Shown one piece after another: positions 46,395 through 56,744 of a stretch of 64,000 nucleotides of DNA (position 1 is its first letter; each line of letters starts with the position of its first letter). Both the position numbers and the translations under genes were made by a program. The notes under the pieces were generated by a model. The model was given only the letters and a program-made list of their open reading frames with translations. It did not search any database and was not told where the DNA came from. Source of the stretch: Candidatus Hydrogenedentota bacterium (GTDB lineage Bacteria; Hydrogenedentota; Hydrogenedentia; Hydrogenedentales; SLHB01); assembly GCA_963745075.1 (NCBI GenBank), contig CAVUWV010000001.1, positions 367,478 through 431,477 on the forward strand, given 5' to 3'.

Positions 46395-49300
46395 TTATTC
46401 CAGCCGCACGAGGAGGTCGCCGGCTTCGACTTGCGTTTTGGGTCCGGCTGACAACTCCGCGACGCGCGAATTTCGCGGCGCGTAGAGGGTCATTTCCATC
46501 TTCATGGCTTCGAGGGTCAACAGTTTTTGTCCTTCGCTCACCTCGTCGCCGACTTGCACGGCCACGTTGACCACGAGCCCGGGCATGGGGGCGGCGACCT
46601 GATCGGGATCGGCGGGATCGGCTTTCGGGCGCTTCACGACCTGGGATTCGAGCGACGCGTCGATAACGGTGGCGTTGCGCGGTTGGCCGTTGAGTTCGAA
46701 GAAGACGGTGCGATTCCCATCGGGATGGGGGTCGCCGATGGTGACGCATTTTAGAATGAACGTTTTGCCGGGTTCGATCTCGAAAGCGGTTTCCTGCCCC
46801 GGTTGCAACCCGTAAAAGAACACGGACGTGGGGAGGACGCTGGTGTCGGAGTAGGTTTGCTGATGGCGCGCGTAATCGTCGAACACACGCGGGTAGAGCA
46901 AATAGGACAGGATATCCTGATGAGATGGTTCGTAGCCGAGCACTTTCTTGAGTTGAGCCGACGTCGCCTTGAAATCGGCCGGCTTCATGGCCGAGCCGGG
47001 TCGGCCGCGCAACGGCGTTGCACCGCGCAAGACACGCTTCTTCAGTTTCGCCGGGAAACCGCCGGGGGGCTGTCCCAACCGTCCCATCATCATGTCCACT
47101 ACTGATTCGGGAAAGGCGAGTTCGCGCTTGGATTCCAGCACGTCGTTCGTTGTCAGATTGTTGGCGACCATGAACAGCGCCATGTCGCCGACCACTTTTG
47201 AGGTAGGCGTCACTTTGACGATATCGCCGAACATGCGATTGACTTCGGCGTACATCTCGCGGACTTCGGGCCAGCGGTCGGCTACGCCCAAGGCCTGGGC
47301 CTGCGCGTAAAGGTTGGTAAGCTGCCCGCCGGGCATTTCGTGCTGGTAAACCTCCGCGGTGGAGGCTTTCTGGCCCGTTTCAAAGGCGGCATACTGTTCG
47401 CGCACCTCTTCCCAGTACGCGGCGAGCATTCGCAAATGGTCCGGATCGAGCCCGGTCTTTCGGGGGTGGAATCGCATGGCTTCGACCAGCGAATCCAGGT
47501 TGGGTTGGGACGTCATGCCGGACATGGGGGCGCTGGCGCCGTCCACGATGTCCGCGCCGGCTTCGGCGGCCAGCAAGAGCGCCGCGGACTGGACACCGCC
47601 GGTATCGTGGGTATGAAAGTGAATGGGGATTCCGATTTCCTGTTTGAGGGTTCGAACGAGCAACTGGGCGGCGTAGGGTTTGCACAAGCCGGCCATGTCT
47701 TTGATGGCGAGGATGTGGGCGCCCATTTGTTCGATGCGTTTGGCCAGTTCCACATAGTATTTGAGGCTATACTTGGTACGTTTCGGGTTCGTGATGTCGC
47801 CGGTATAGCACATGGCAACTTCGCACAGTTTATCGGCGTTTCGGACTGCGTCGACCGCCACGCGAAGGTTCGGTTCCCAGTTCAGTGCATCGAAAATCCG
47901 GAACAGATCGATCCCGGCATCGGCGGATTCTTTGACGAAGGCCCGAACGACGTTGTCGGGATAGCTCGTGTAGCCGACCGCGTTCGAGGCGCGAATCAGC
48001 ATCTGGAAGAGGATATTGGGAATGCGCTCGCGCAGTTCGGTCAAGCGTTGCCAGGGGGACTCATTGAGGAACCGCATGGAGGTGTCGAAGGTTGCGCCGC
48101 CCCACATTTCGATGGAGAACATTTCGGGCGCGAGCCGGGCGTAGGCGTCGGCGATGGCCAGCATGTCGTAGGTGCGCATGCGTGTGGCCAGCAAGGATTG
48201 ATGGGCGTCGCGAAATGTCGTATCGGTCAACAGAAGCCGTTTCTGTTTTTGAATCCAGCGACTGAACTTTTCGGGACCCAACTCCTGGAGCCGCTGGCGC
48301 GTACCCTTGGGTGGAGCCATTTTGGTTTGCACGGGCGGGGGCTCGGGCGGCTCGAACCGGGCCGGGACCGGGCGGTCTTTGACCAGGGGGTGCCCGTTCA
48401 CCGCGATTTCCGCCAGGTAGGTCAGCAGTTTTGTGGCACGATCGCGTCGCGGGACGATCTCGAACAATTTCGGTGTCTCGTCGATGAACCGCGTCGTGCA
48501 TTCCCCGCGAACGAAGGAAGGGTGATTGACGAGATTGATAAGAAAGGGGAGATTCGTTTTTACGCCGCGAACGCGGAATTCCTGGAGGCACCGTTCCATG
48601 CGCCGCGCGGCGTCTTCGAATCGGCGGGCCCAGGCGGTAACCTTTACCAGCAGCGAATCGTAGTACGGCGTAATGGTGGCGCCGGAGAACGCGGTGCCCG
48701 CGTCGAGCCGGATCCCCAGGCCGCTGGCAGAACGGTAGTGTGCGATGCGCCCGTAGTCGGGCACGAACTGGTTCTGGGGATCTTCGGTGGTGACGCGGCA
48801 CTGGAAAGCGGCCCCGCGCGTCGTCACGTATTCCTGCGAGGGCAAGTAGATTCCGGGATCGCCTAGCCGCGCGCCTTGCGCGATCAGGATCTGGCTCTTG
48901 ACGATATCGATGCCGGTCGTGACCTCGGTCACCGTGTGTTCCACCTGGATCCGCGGATTGACCTCGATGAAGTAGAACTTGTCGGTATCGACGTCCAGCA
49001 GGAACTCGACCGTGCCGGCGCTGACGTAGTTGACGCTCCGGCCGATCGCCAAAGCGGCTTCGCAGAGGTCATTTCGCAACCTATCGGACAAATTCAGCGC
49101 AGGGGCGATCTCCACGACTTTTTGATGACGCCGCTGGAGCGAGCAGTCGCGCTCGTACAAATGGACGAGGTTGCGGTGCGTGTCACCCAAGAGCTGCACT
49201 TCGATGTGGCGGGCGCGCGCCACGAATTTCTCGAGAAAAACGTCTTCACTGCCAAATGCGGTGAGCGCTTCGCGTTGGGCCTGCGCCAGCGCTTCGGCGA

Positions 49301-49856
49301 GTTGATCGTCGGACTGCACCACGCGCATGCCGCGGCCGCCGCCGCCTTTGGCGGCTTTAAGCATCACGGGATACCCGAGGTCCTTTGCGAGCTTGCGCGC
49401 GTCGCGCAGGTTCCGGATGGGCTTGCTTCCGCCCGAAAGGATGGGTACGCCGGCGGCCTGGGCCAAGGCCCGCGCTTCGATCTTGTCGCCCAACTGCTCG
49501 AGGACTTCCACCGGCGGTCCGACGAACACGATCCCGGCGGCTTGACAAGCGCGCGCCAGGTCGGGATTCTCCGAGAGGAAGCCGTAGCCGGGGTGGATGG
49601 CATCGACTTCGTAGCGCTTGGCGACGGCGATGATGTTGTCGATATCGAGATAGGAGCGCAGCGGTTCGCCGGGCCGTCCCACGGGATACGATTCGTCCGC
49701 CTTCAGGCGGTGCAGTGCGTAGCGGTCTTCGTGTGAATAGATTGCAACCGTGCGGATGCCCATCTCGTGGGCGGAGCGAAATACGCGAATGGCGATCTCG
49801 CTGCGGTTTGCCGCCATGAGTTTTTTGAATGTTTTGTCGGAACGCTTCTTTTTCAT
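46395..49856 (-). CDS. pyc: Pyruvate carboxylase
   Basis: ANRSEIA, HPGYGFLSEN, RDCSLQRRHQK, RDAHQSLLATR, IKDMAGL, HFHTH, HEMPGGQ and biotinyl EAMKM. Confidence 0.98.
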   Translation of the reverse strand: MKKKRSDKTFKKLMAANRSEIAIRVFRSAHEMGIRTVAIYSHEDRYALHRLKADESYPVGRPGEPLRSYLDIDNIIAVAKRYEVDAIHPGYGFLSENPDLARACQAAGIVFVGPPVEVLEQLGDKIEARALAQAAGVPILSGGSKPIRNLRDARKLAKDLGYPVMLKAAKGGGGRGMRVVQSDDQLAEALAQAQREALTAFGSEDVFLEKFVARARHIEVQLLGDTHRNLVHLYERDCSLQRRHQKVVEIAPALNLSDRLRNDLCEAALAIGRSVNYVSAGTVEFLLDVDTDKFYFIEVNPRIQVEHTVTEVTTGIDIVKSQILIAQGARLGDPGIYLPSQEYVTTRGAAFQCRVTTEDPQNQFVPDYGRIAHYRSASGLGIRLDAGTAFSGATITPYYDSLLVKVTAWARRFEDAARRMERCLQEFRVRGVKTNLPFLINLVNHPSFVRGECTTRFIDETPKLFEIVPRRDRATKLLTYLAEIAVNGHPLVKDRPVPARFEPPEPPPVQTKMAPPKGTRQRLQELGPEKFSRWIQKQKRLLLTDTTFRDAHQSLLATRMRTYDMLAIADAYARLAPEMFSIEMWGGATFDTSMRFLNESPWQRLTELRERIPNILFQMLIRASNAVGYTSYPDNVVRAFVKESADAGIDLFRIFDALNWEPNLRVAVDAVRNADKLCEVAMCYTGDITNPKRTKYSLKYYVELAKRIEQMGAHILAIKDMAGLCKPYAAQLLVRTLKQEIGIPIHFHTHDTGGVQSAALLLAAEAGADIVDGASAPMSGMTSQPNLDSLVEAMRFHPRKTGLDPDHLRMLAAYWEEVREQYAAFETGQKASTAEVYQHEMPGGQLTNLYAQAQALGVADRWPEVREMYAEVNRMFGDIVKVTPTSKVVGDMALFMVANNLTTNDVLESKRELAFPESVVDMMMGRLGQPPGGFPAKLKKRVLRGATPLRGRPGSAMKPADFKATSAQLKKVLGYEPSHQDILSYLLYPRVFDDYARHQQTYSDTSVLPTSVFFYGLQPGQETAFEIEPGKTFILKCVTIGDPHPDGNRTVFFELNGQPRNATVIDASLESQVVKRPKADPADPDQVAAPMPGLVVNVAVQVGDEVSEGQKLLTLEAMKMEMTLYAPRNSRVAELSAGPKTQVEAGDLLVRLE

Positions 49857-50090
49857 GTTGCACTCATTGGTTGTCCGTCGCTGCTGACCCAAAACATATC
49901 CGACTCGATCGAAGCACGATGGCGGATCGGCGGCAGAGCATTCTTGCACGTTATGATGTTGGTTGCACCCCTGACCCGGAGGCACTATTGCCCGCACGCC
50001 GTAAGCCTACACGAAAGAAGCCGTCTGCTGCGAGTTCATGTCCGGGATCTGTTTGTGGCGCCGACTTCCCGAACTCGAAGTATACGTGTC

Positions 50091-50984
50091 TCAGTTGGTG
50101 TCGCGCGTCTTTGCGAACCGCGTCTGCATCGATTTCCACGCGTTCATCGAATGTTGGAGGTTGTCGTGGACATCACCGCCGATGCCGTATCCTTGCAGGC
50201 CGATAGGACCCGTATACCCGAGATCGTGCAGGGCGGACAAGAGCCCGTACACGTCGAAGTCCCCTTTGTCCAGTGGCTGAATGAGCGTATCCCAATCGGC
50301 GCCGTCTTTATTGGCGCCGTTAATGGTGACCATGAACAGTTTTGGCATGGCCATTTCGAGGCGCGCCCGGAGATCCTGTCCGTCGACGCGAAGCCAGTGA
50401 CAGAGGTTGAAGGTCACGCCCACGTTCGGGCGGTCGACTTTGTTGGCGATTCGCACGGCATCGTCGACCCGTTCGAGCCAGTGTCCGGTGTGGGGATACA
50501 AGGCGATGCGCAGATTGCTTTCCGCGGCCCTTGCAGCGAGATCCCGAAGCACGGCGACGGCGTCGGCGTCGCCGTCCGGTGAGGATACGGCGTACTTTTT
50601 GCTGGTGACCGGAATCCAAAGGACGGTATCGCGGCCTTTGAGTAACTTGATAACGTTCTCAAGACCGGGGTCCCAGTGGGGTGCATCGGGGTCGATGTTC
50701 ACGCCCGTATACACGGCGAAAAAGCGCAGATCGCGCGCGTCCAGCTCCGCCAACAGTTCCGGAATTCCCTCGGTGCCCAGTTGGTCGGTGCCGGCGTAGC
50801 CCAGTTCTTTCAGCATCTCCGCTTGCGCGGCGAAGGATTCATGCTGTGCGTCCCGGGTACCGGTACACATGGCAAAGAAGGGATTCTTCATGGGGGACTC
50901 CTCGTCGGCATGGGCCGGTTCGCAGAGAACGAGCGCCAAAGTGAGAACGACTGCCACGTTGTAGAACACGACTTGCACTTTCAC
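50091..50984 (-). CDS. Secreted sugar-phosphate isomerase/epimerase-like TIM-barrel protein
   Basis: GTG start after GGGAG, signal peptide, IALYPH, GVTFNLCHW and GYTGPIGLQ. Confidence 0.82.
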   Translation of the reverse strand: MKVQVVFYNVAVVLTLALVLCEPAHADEESPMKNPFFAMCTGTRDAQHESFAAQAEMLKELGYAGTDQLGTEGIPELLAELDARDLRFFAVYTGVNIDPDAPHWDPGLENVIKLLKGRDTVLWIPVTSKKYAVSSPDGDADAVAVLRDLAARAAESNLRIALYPHTGHWLERVDDAVRIANKVDRPNVGVTFNLCHWLRVDGQDLRARLEMAMPKLFMVTINGANKDGADWDTLIQPLDKGDFDVYGLLSALHDLGYTGPIGLQGYGIGGDVHDNLQHSMNAWKSMQTRFAKTRDTN

Positions 50985-51016
50985 GGCATTTCTCCCTTGG
51001 TTGCGGGCGCGCAGGC

Positions 51017-52348
51017 TCAGAGCGTCCAACCTTCGCGGTACTCTCGGCGCACATATTGGTTCGCTTCGGGTAGATTCGGAAACTGCATCGTTTCCGGATC
51101 CCATTCCAGCTTGGTTCCCATGCGTTTGGCGATATTGCCGAGTTGGCACACCTCCGTTAAGGGGCCCGAATAGGAAAAGTCGGCGCCGGCTTTGTGGCCT
51201 TCCTTGATCGCGCGGAGCCAGTCGTCCTCATGCGTGCCTTCCACACGGGGAATGGAGGGATCCGGCGGCGTGAAGTCTTCCATACGCGACGCGGGCAACA
51301 GCCGCGGATTCTCGCCGTAGACGCCGCAGGTCAGCATACCTTTGGAGCCTTTGAACAGGGAGCCGCCTTCCGGATGCCCCATCTCGTCGGAGGCATCCAG
51401 TTCCCGCGGCCGCGGCGCACGCAAGCCGTCGTACCACGTGAGCGTGACGGGAGGCATGGCGCCACGTTCCGGGAACTCGTAGCGTGTGAGGCACGCGATC
51501 GGGTGGGTTTCGTCGTTGAGGTCCGTGCATGACCCGTCGATGCTGGTGGGCTGTTCCAAATCCAAGGCCCAGAAGATGGGGTCGAAGGTGTGGGCGCCGC
51601 GATCGCCCATCATCCCGGAGCCGAAGTCCCACCAACTGCGCCAGGTACGCGGATGGTAGCAGGGGTGATACGGTCGCATGGGTGCGGGTCCGATCCAGAG
51701 ATCCCAATCCAGCGTTTCCGGCACAGGCGGCGTCTCGTCGGGGCGGGTCCCCAAGGGGGAACTCCAACTGGCGTGGCCCCAGGGATAGTAGGTGAGACTG
51801 CACCACGCGTCGACTTCGCGCACTTCGCCGATGACACCGGCCTGAATCCATTCGCGAATCTGCCGGATGCCTTCACCGGAGTGTCCCTGGATGCCCATCT
51901 GCGTCACGACGCCGGTTTCCTTGGCGGCCTGTGCGAGCATGCGCGCTTCGTAGACCTGGTGGGTGAGCGGTTTCTGGCAATAGACGTGCTTGCCCGCTTT
52001 CATGCAGGCCATGGTGATGATTGCGTGAGTATGATCGGGCGTCGCGACGAGGACTGCGTCGATGTCTTTCTGCTTATCGAGCATTTCGCGATAGTCTTTG
52101 TATTGCTTTGCTTCCGGGAAGGCCTTGAACGCCGGCGCCGCGTATACGTCGTCCACGTCGCACAGGGCTACGATGTTTTCCCCGGCCAGCCGGCGCAGGT
52201 TGGAACCGCCCATTCCGCCGATGCCGATAGCGGCGATGTTGAGTTTGTCGTTGGCGGCTTGTGCGCGCGCGGTGCGTGTGGCTCCCAAGGCTGCGGCGCC
52301 TGCGATTGACGTGTACGACAAGAAGTTCCGGCGGCTGATATCCTTCAT
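51017..52348 (-). CDS. Tat-exported Gfo/Idh/MocA oxidoreductase
   Basis: SRRNFL, IGIGGMG, ATPDHTH, CQKPL, WDLWIGPA and GDRGAH. Confidence 0.93.
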   Translation of the reverse strand: MKDISRRNFLSYTSIAGAAALGATRTARAQAANDKLNIAAIGIGGMGGSNLRRLAGENIVALCDVDDVYAAPAFKAFPEAKQYKDYREMLDKQKDIDAVLVATPDHTHAIITMACMKAGKHVYCQKPLTHQVYEARMLAQAAKETGVVTQMGIQGHSGEGIRQIREWIQAGVIGEVREVDAWCSLTYYPWGHASWSSPLGTRPDETPPVPETLDWDLWIGPAPMRPYHPCYHPRTWRSWWDFGSGMMGDRGAHTFDPIFWALDLEQPTSIDGSCTDLNDETHPIACLTRYEFPERGAMPPVTLTWYDGLRAPRPRELDASDEMGHPEGGSLFKGSKGMLTCGVYGENPRLLPASRMEDFTPPDPSIPRVEGTHEDDWLRAIKEGHKAGADFSYSGPLTEVCQLGNIAKRMGTKLEWDPETMQFPNLPEANQYVRREYREGWTL

Positions 52349-52598
52349 GGTTGTGCTCCTTCCCGCCCGTTCGCGTGATACGGGCGAGCATATTGGTGGC
52401 GATTGCTCAAAGGACCGTTGCTCCACAGGCTAGCAGATTCACGTTGTGTACGGCATACCGCGACCCAGAATCCGAATCCCCGTCGGGCAAGTCCTTGAAC
52501 CGACCCTCGGATTCTGCTTTTATCAACGAAACGCATGGTAGCACATACCCGGGGAATCCCATGGGATCCTTTTTCGCGCGGCACTGTCGCAACCAAAT

Positions 52599-52640
52599 AC
52601 GAAATCCGAATCACGAAATCCGAAACAAATTCGAATGTAC
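52599..52640 (+). repeat. CGAAATC heptad-type short repeat element
   Basis: ACGAAATCCGAATCACGAAATCCGAAACAAATTCGAATG in a divergent intergenic region. Confidence 0.6.
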
Positions 52641-52722
52641 CAAATGGGAAAATGCCAAAACGGGCACAGCCGGTCAGGGTTTCTCCAGAATTACGATTTC
52701 TGATTCGCGTTACTTGGCTCGG

Positions 52723-54351
52723 ATGGAGTTGCGCTTTCTCTCGTTACTGACGGTCCTCTTCGTCCTTACTGTCCCGATTTGGTCTGCGGCGGCGGAAATC
52801 AACGAAATCGAGCAGGTTACCAATACAATGGCGTCAACTCCGACGGGATTGAAGCCGGTCGATTGGGTCATCATTGCCGTATACGGCACTTCGACCATCG
52901 CGCTGGGCTGGTATTATAGCCGGCGGCAGGGATCCGCGAAGGAGTACTTTGTGGGGAGCGGCAACATGTCCCCGTTCCTCATCGGCGTTTCCCTTTTCGC
53001 AACGCTGCTGAGCACCATCACCTATCTTTCTCTGCCCGGCGAGGTCCTCGGAAAAGGGCCAATCTATATGACAAGCCTGCTCGCGCTGCCGCTGGTGTAT
53101 CCGGTGGTTGCCTACGTGTTGCTTCCCGTCTACATGCAGTTTCGCGTGACGAGCGCCTATGAGTTGCTGGAGATGCGGCTCGGGCTCAGCGTGCGGTTGC
53201 TCGGCGTTGCCATGTTTCTGGTGTTGCGCCTGACGTGGATGTCGTTGCTGGTCTATCTTGCGGCGAAGGCCATGTCGGTCATGATTGGCGTTGGCGAGCA
53301 ATGGATTCCACTCATCGTATTGATCACGGGATTCGTTTCGGTGATTTACACGTCGCTCGGCGGGTTGCGCGCGGTCGTCATTACGGACCTCATTCAAGTC
53401 ACGCTCCTTTTCGGCGGGGCACTGCTGGTTATCGCCATGGTGACTGTGGAGCAGGGCGGGTTGAGTTGGTTTCCCACGCATTGGCAACCGCACTGGGACA
53501 CGCAGCCGCTGTTCTCGCTGGACCCGAAGAGGCGGGTCACCGTATTCGGCACGGTGCTCACCATCTTCATCTGGTACGTGTGCACGTCCGGCGGTGACCA
53601 GGTATCCGTGCAACGGTTCATGGCGACCCGCGACGCGCGCGCGGCGCGAAAAGCGTTTGCCACCCAACTCTGCGTTGCGGCAACCATCACGTTCACGCTC
53701 GCGGTCGTTGGTTTGGCTCTGTTGGGATATTTTCATGCGCACCCGGGCGCACTACCGGCCGGCATGAGCATTAAGGCCAACGCCGACGACATCTATCCAC
53801 GCTTCATCGCGTTTCATTTGCCGGCGGGCATTTCCGGATTTGTTGTGGCGGCCATGTTCGCCGCTGCTATGTCGAGCATCGACTCGGGTGTGAACTCGAT
53901 AACGGCGGTTGTCATGACCGACCTGCTGGAACGCTTCGGCTATCATCCGAAAACCGAACGGGGACACGTCGTCGCGGCGCGGTGTCTCGCTTTCACCATT
54001 GGCGCGGTGGCGATGATCGGCAGTTCCTTTGTGGGCTCGATTCCGGGCAACATCACGTCGGTGACGGGAAAGACGGCCAATCTGCTCGCTACGCCGATCT
54101 TCGCGCTGTTCTTTTTTGCGCTCTTTGTGCCGAATGTGCGGGTGGCGAGCGTTTGGTTTGGCTGGTTCTTCGGGGTGACGACGGCGATCCTGGTGGGGTT
54201 TTCCGGCGCCATTTTTGGATACGATCCCCAAACGGGCTACGATCCCATCAGTTTCCAGTGGATTGCGCCCGCCTCGATAACGGCGAACCTGGGGGCCGGG
54301 CTGATTGCCCATAGGCTTCTTCCGCGGCGTACAGGATGCCAAGCCGTATGA
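52723..54351 (+). CDS. Sodium:solute symporter (SSS family, sugar/sialic acid-like)
   Basis: DW..I..Y, EYFVG, SLFATLLSTITYL, SAYELLE.R, GGLRAVVITD, DQVSVQRF and AAAMSSIDSGVNS. Start is uncertain. Confidence 0.92.
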   Translation: MELRFLSLLTVLFVLTVPIWSAAAEINEIEQVTNTMASTPTGLKPVDWVIIAVYGTSTIALGWYYSRRQGSAKEYFVGSGNMSPFLIGVSLFATLLSTITYLSLPGEVLGKGPIYMTSLLALPLVYPVVAYVLLPVYMQFRVTSAYELLEMRLGLSVRLLGVAMFLVLRLTWMSLLVYLAAKAMSVMIGVGEQWIPLIVLITGFVSVIYTSLGGLRAVVITDLIQVTLLFGGALLVIAMVTVEQGGLSWFPTHWQPHWDTQPLFSLDPKRRVTVFGTVLTIFIWYVCTSGGDQVSVQRFMATRDARAARKAFATQLCVAATITFTLAVVGLALLGYFHAHPGALPAGMSIKANADDIYPRFIAFHLPAGISGFVVAAMFAAAMSSIDSGVNSITAVVMTDLLERFGYHPKTERGHVVAARCLAFTIGAVAMIGSSFVGSIPGNITSVTGKTANLLATPIFALFFFALFVPNVRVASVWFGWFFGVTTAILVGFSGAIFGYDPQTGYDPISFQWIAPASITANLGAGLIAHRLLPRRTGCQAV

Positions 54352-56279
54352 GCCCTGTGGACGACCATGAATTGCGTTGTGACGTGCTCGTCGCCGGGGG
54401 CGGCGCGGCCGGCGTTCCCTGTGCGATTGCCGCTGCGCGGAACGGGGCCAAGGTCATTTTATGTCAGGACCGCGGCGTCCTCGGGGGAAATGCTTCGAGC
54501 GAAGTGCGCATGCATGTCGTTGGCGCCAACGGCGTGGGCCGCAACGACCGCGGCGCCGAATTGGAGACGGAGGCCCGCGAAGGCGGGATCATTGAGGAAA
54601 TCCGGCTGGAGAATTGCGTCCGTAATCCGCAGCGATCCGCTTCGATGTTCGATCTGATTCTGTATGACATGTGCCGCGCGGAACCGACTCTGACCTTGCT
54701 GCTCAACACCACGGTGACCGGTGTGACGATGGACGGGGATGCCATTGCGACCGCCAATGCGGAGCGACAGAGCACCGAAGATCGTTTCCGGATTGCTGCG
54801 AAGGTGTTCGTGGATTGCACGGGGGACGGGCGGTTAGGCGTCGAGGCCGGTGCGCCGTACATGGAGGGGCGCGAAGACAAGCGGCAGTTCGACGAATCGC
54901 TCGCGCGAGATGTCGCGGACAAGGCGCGGCTGGGGTCCACGATCATGATGCAGGCCCGTCGCCACGACCGTCCGATGCCCTTCGTCGCGCCGGATTGGGC
55001 GCGCACGTTCAGCGAGGACGACTTGCGGCTCCGGTTGTATGCCGTGCCCGGTGACGAGGCGCCGACCCATGAATACGGATTTTGGTGGGCGGAATGGGGC
55101 GGCACGCTCGACACAATTAAGGACAACGAGCAAGTCCGCGACGAATTGCTGGCCATCGTGCTTGGCATCTGGGATCACGTGAAGAATGGTCCGCCCGGCA
55201 CGCCGCCGGACACGGACCCCTTCGACGCGTCTCGCTGGGCGCTGGAATGGATCGGGTTTCTGCCGGGGAAGCGCGAGAGCCGGCGATTCATCGGGCAGCA
55301 CGTGCTCACGCAGGATGACGTGCTGCAATCGACGCCTTTTGAAGACGCCATTGCCTACGGAGGCTGGCCGATCGATGTTCACCCCGCCGAAGGTGTTGAT
55401 GCGCCGTTGGAAGAGCCCTGCGTGCAACATCCGGTGCCGTACCTTTACGACATTCCCTTGCGGGCCTGCGTGTCGAGCACGATTCCCAACCTCATGTTTG
55501 CCGGGCGCAACATCTCCGCGACCCACGTTGCGTTTGCGTCGACGCGGGTCATGGCCACCTGTGCGGCGATGGGGCAAGGCGTGGGTACCGCCGCGGCGAT
55601 GGCGGCACAACGAGAAATCGCGCCTTGCGACATCGCTTCCTCAACCGACGTACTGCAGGCCATACAACAGCGGCTATTGCGCGACGATTGTTTCCTGGTG
55701 GGACGTGCGAACGAGGATCGGGACGATCTTGCGCGTCGCGCGCATGTGACCGCGTCGAGCGAACAGAAGACGGGCAGCGCGTCCCATGCGATTCAAGGCC
55801 AGACCCGCGCCGTGTTTGGAGAAAAGGGCGCGCCGCCCGACCGGCGCGAGGTAACGAGCCACCGGTGGATGTCCGATCCGGCGGCGGGGTTACCGGCGAT
55901 GTTGGAACTGGCGTGGGATTTTCCACTTCGTCCGACGGAAATTCAGTTGATCTTTGATACGGGGCAACATCGTCATTTGACGCTCAGTCATCATGGCGGA
56001 TACACCGCGACCATGATCTGGGGCTGGCCGCAACCGGAAACCGTGCGCGATTATGCCGTGAGTGGATATGACGGCGAAGATTGGGCAACACTGGTGGACG
56101 TGCAAGGGAATTACCAACGGAGACGGGTTCATCGAATAGACTGCGATCGACCCGTATCGAAGCTGCGCATCACGGTGACTACAACCAACGGACTGGACCA
56201 TGCCCGGATCTGCGAAGTAAGAGTCTACGGGGATGGACCGGACACGAGGAAAGAATTCAGGATTGGAGGCGCTCCATGA
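54348..56279 (+). CDS. FAD-dependent oxidoreductase with a C-terminal discoidin-like domain
   Basis: VAGGGAAG, LGGNASSE, DCTGDG, KRESRR, GRNISATH and STRVMATC. ATGA-coupled to the symporter. Confidence 0.9.
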   Translation: MSPVDDHELRCDVLVAGGGAAGVPCAIAAARNGAKVILCQDRGVLGGNASSEVRMHVVGANGVGRNDRGAELETEAREGGIIEEIRLENCVRNPQRSASMFDLILYDMCRAEPTLTLLLNTTVTGVTMDGDAIATANAERQSTEDRFRIAAKVFVDCTGDGRLGVEAGAPYMEGREDKRQFDESLARDVADKARLGSTIMMQARRHDRPMPFVAPDWARTFSEDDLRLRLYAVPGDEAPTHEYGFWWAEWGGTLDTIKDNEQVRDELLAIVLGIWDHVKNGPPGTPPDTDPFDASRWALEWIGFLPGKRESRRFIGQHVLTQDDVLQSTPFEDAIAYGGWPIDVHPAEGVDAPLEEPCVQHPVPYLYDIPLRACVSSTIPNLMFAGRNISATHVAFASTRVMATCAAMGQGVGTAAAMAAQREIAPCDIASSTDVLQAIQQRLLRDDCFLVGRANEDRDDLARRAHVTASSEQKTGSASHAIQGQTRAVFGEKGAPPDRREVTSHRWMSDPAAGLPAMLELAWDFPLRPTEIQLIFDTGQHRHLTLSHHGGYTATMIWGWPQPETVRDYAVSGYDGEDWATLVDVQGNYQRRRVHRIDCDRPVSKLRITVTTTNGLDHARICEVRVYGDGPDTRKEFRIGGAP

Positions 56280-56590
56280 AACGAATCGCCTTGACAATGT
56301 GCGCCCATTTCGGAATCGTGTTTGCGGCTGGCGCGAAAACGCTGACTTACAACCAACACGAAGAAATCAGCCTTCGCGATCGGAGTCTCCCCGCGGACGA
56401 AGGGGCCACCAACGTGCTGATCGCGGTGGATGACGTGGCTTCGGAAGCTTAGAAGAAGCATTGGAAAGTGCCCGACGATTTTTTCTACGAAGATATCCCG
56501 CTGCAACCGTCCTACCTCGGCTACGCCGCGCACCTGGAGGGAACGTGCTACGCGGTCTACTGCGTGAAGAACGCTGCGAGTATCCGGTAA
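56276..56590 (+). pseudogene. Remnant of a secreted protein gene
   Basis: GGAGG RBS plus ATGA coupling and a signal-like start MKRIALTMC; stops after 58 aa; a downstream fragment reads YAAHLEGTCYAVYCVK. Confidence 0.45.
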
Positions 56591-56628
56591 ACCGATATAA
56601 AGCCGGGGGCAAACGGACGAAGCCACAT

Positions 56629-56680
56629 GGACAGCAGGGACGGCGGGGACAGACTCGGACCTACACGGACAGTAGGGACA
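56629..56680 (-). repeat. Inverted copy of the GTCCCTGC/GTCCGTGTAG repeat family
   Basis: Reverse complement reads GTCCCTACTGTCCGTGTAGGTCCG...GTCCCTGCTGTCC, as at 2470-2535. Confidence 0.75.
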
Positions 56681-56744
56681 TAGAACCTATGCGCAGGCCA
56701 CGCGCAGGAGGACCAAAGCGCCACACCCGTCGATAGGTGCGCCA

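Noticed and set aside
52351..52722. N-terminal extension of the symporter ORF
   Set aside because: It runs through a divergent intergenic region and a short repeat element and is not protein-like.
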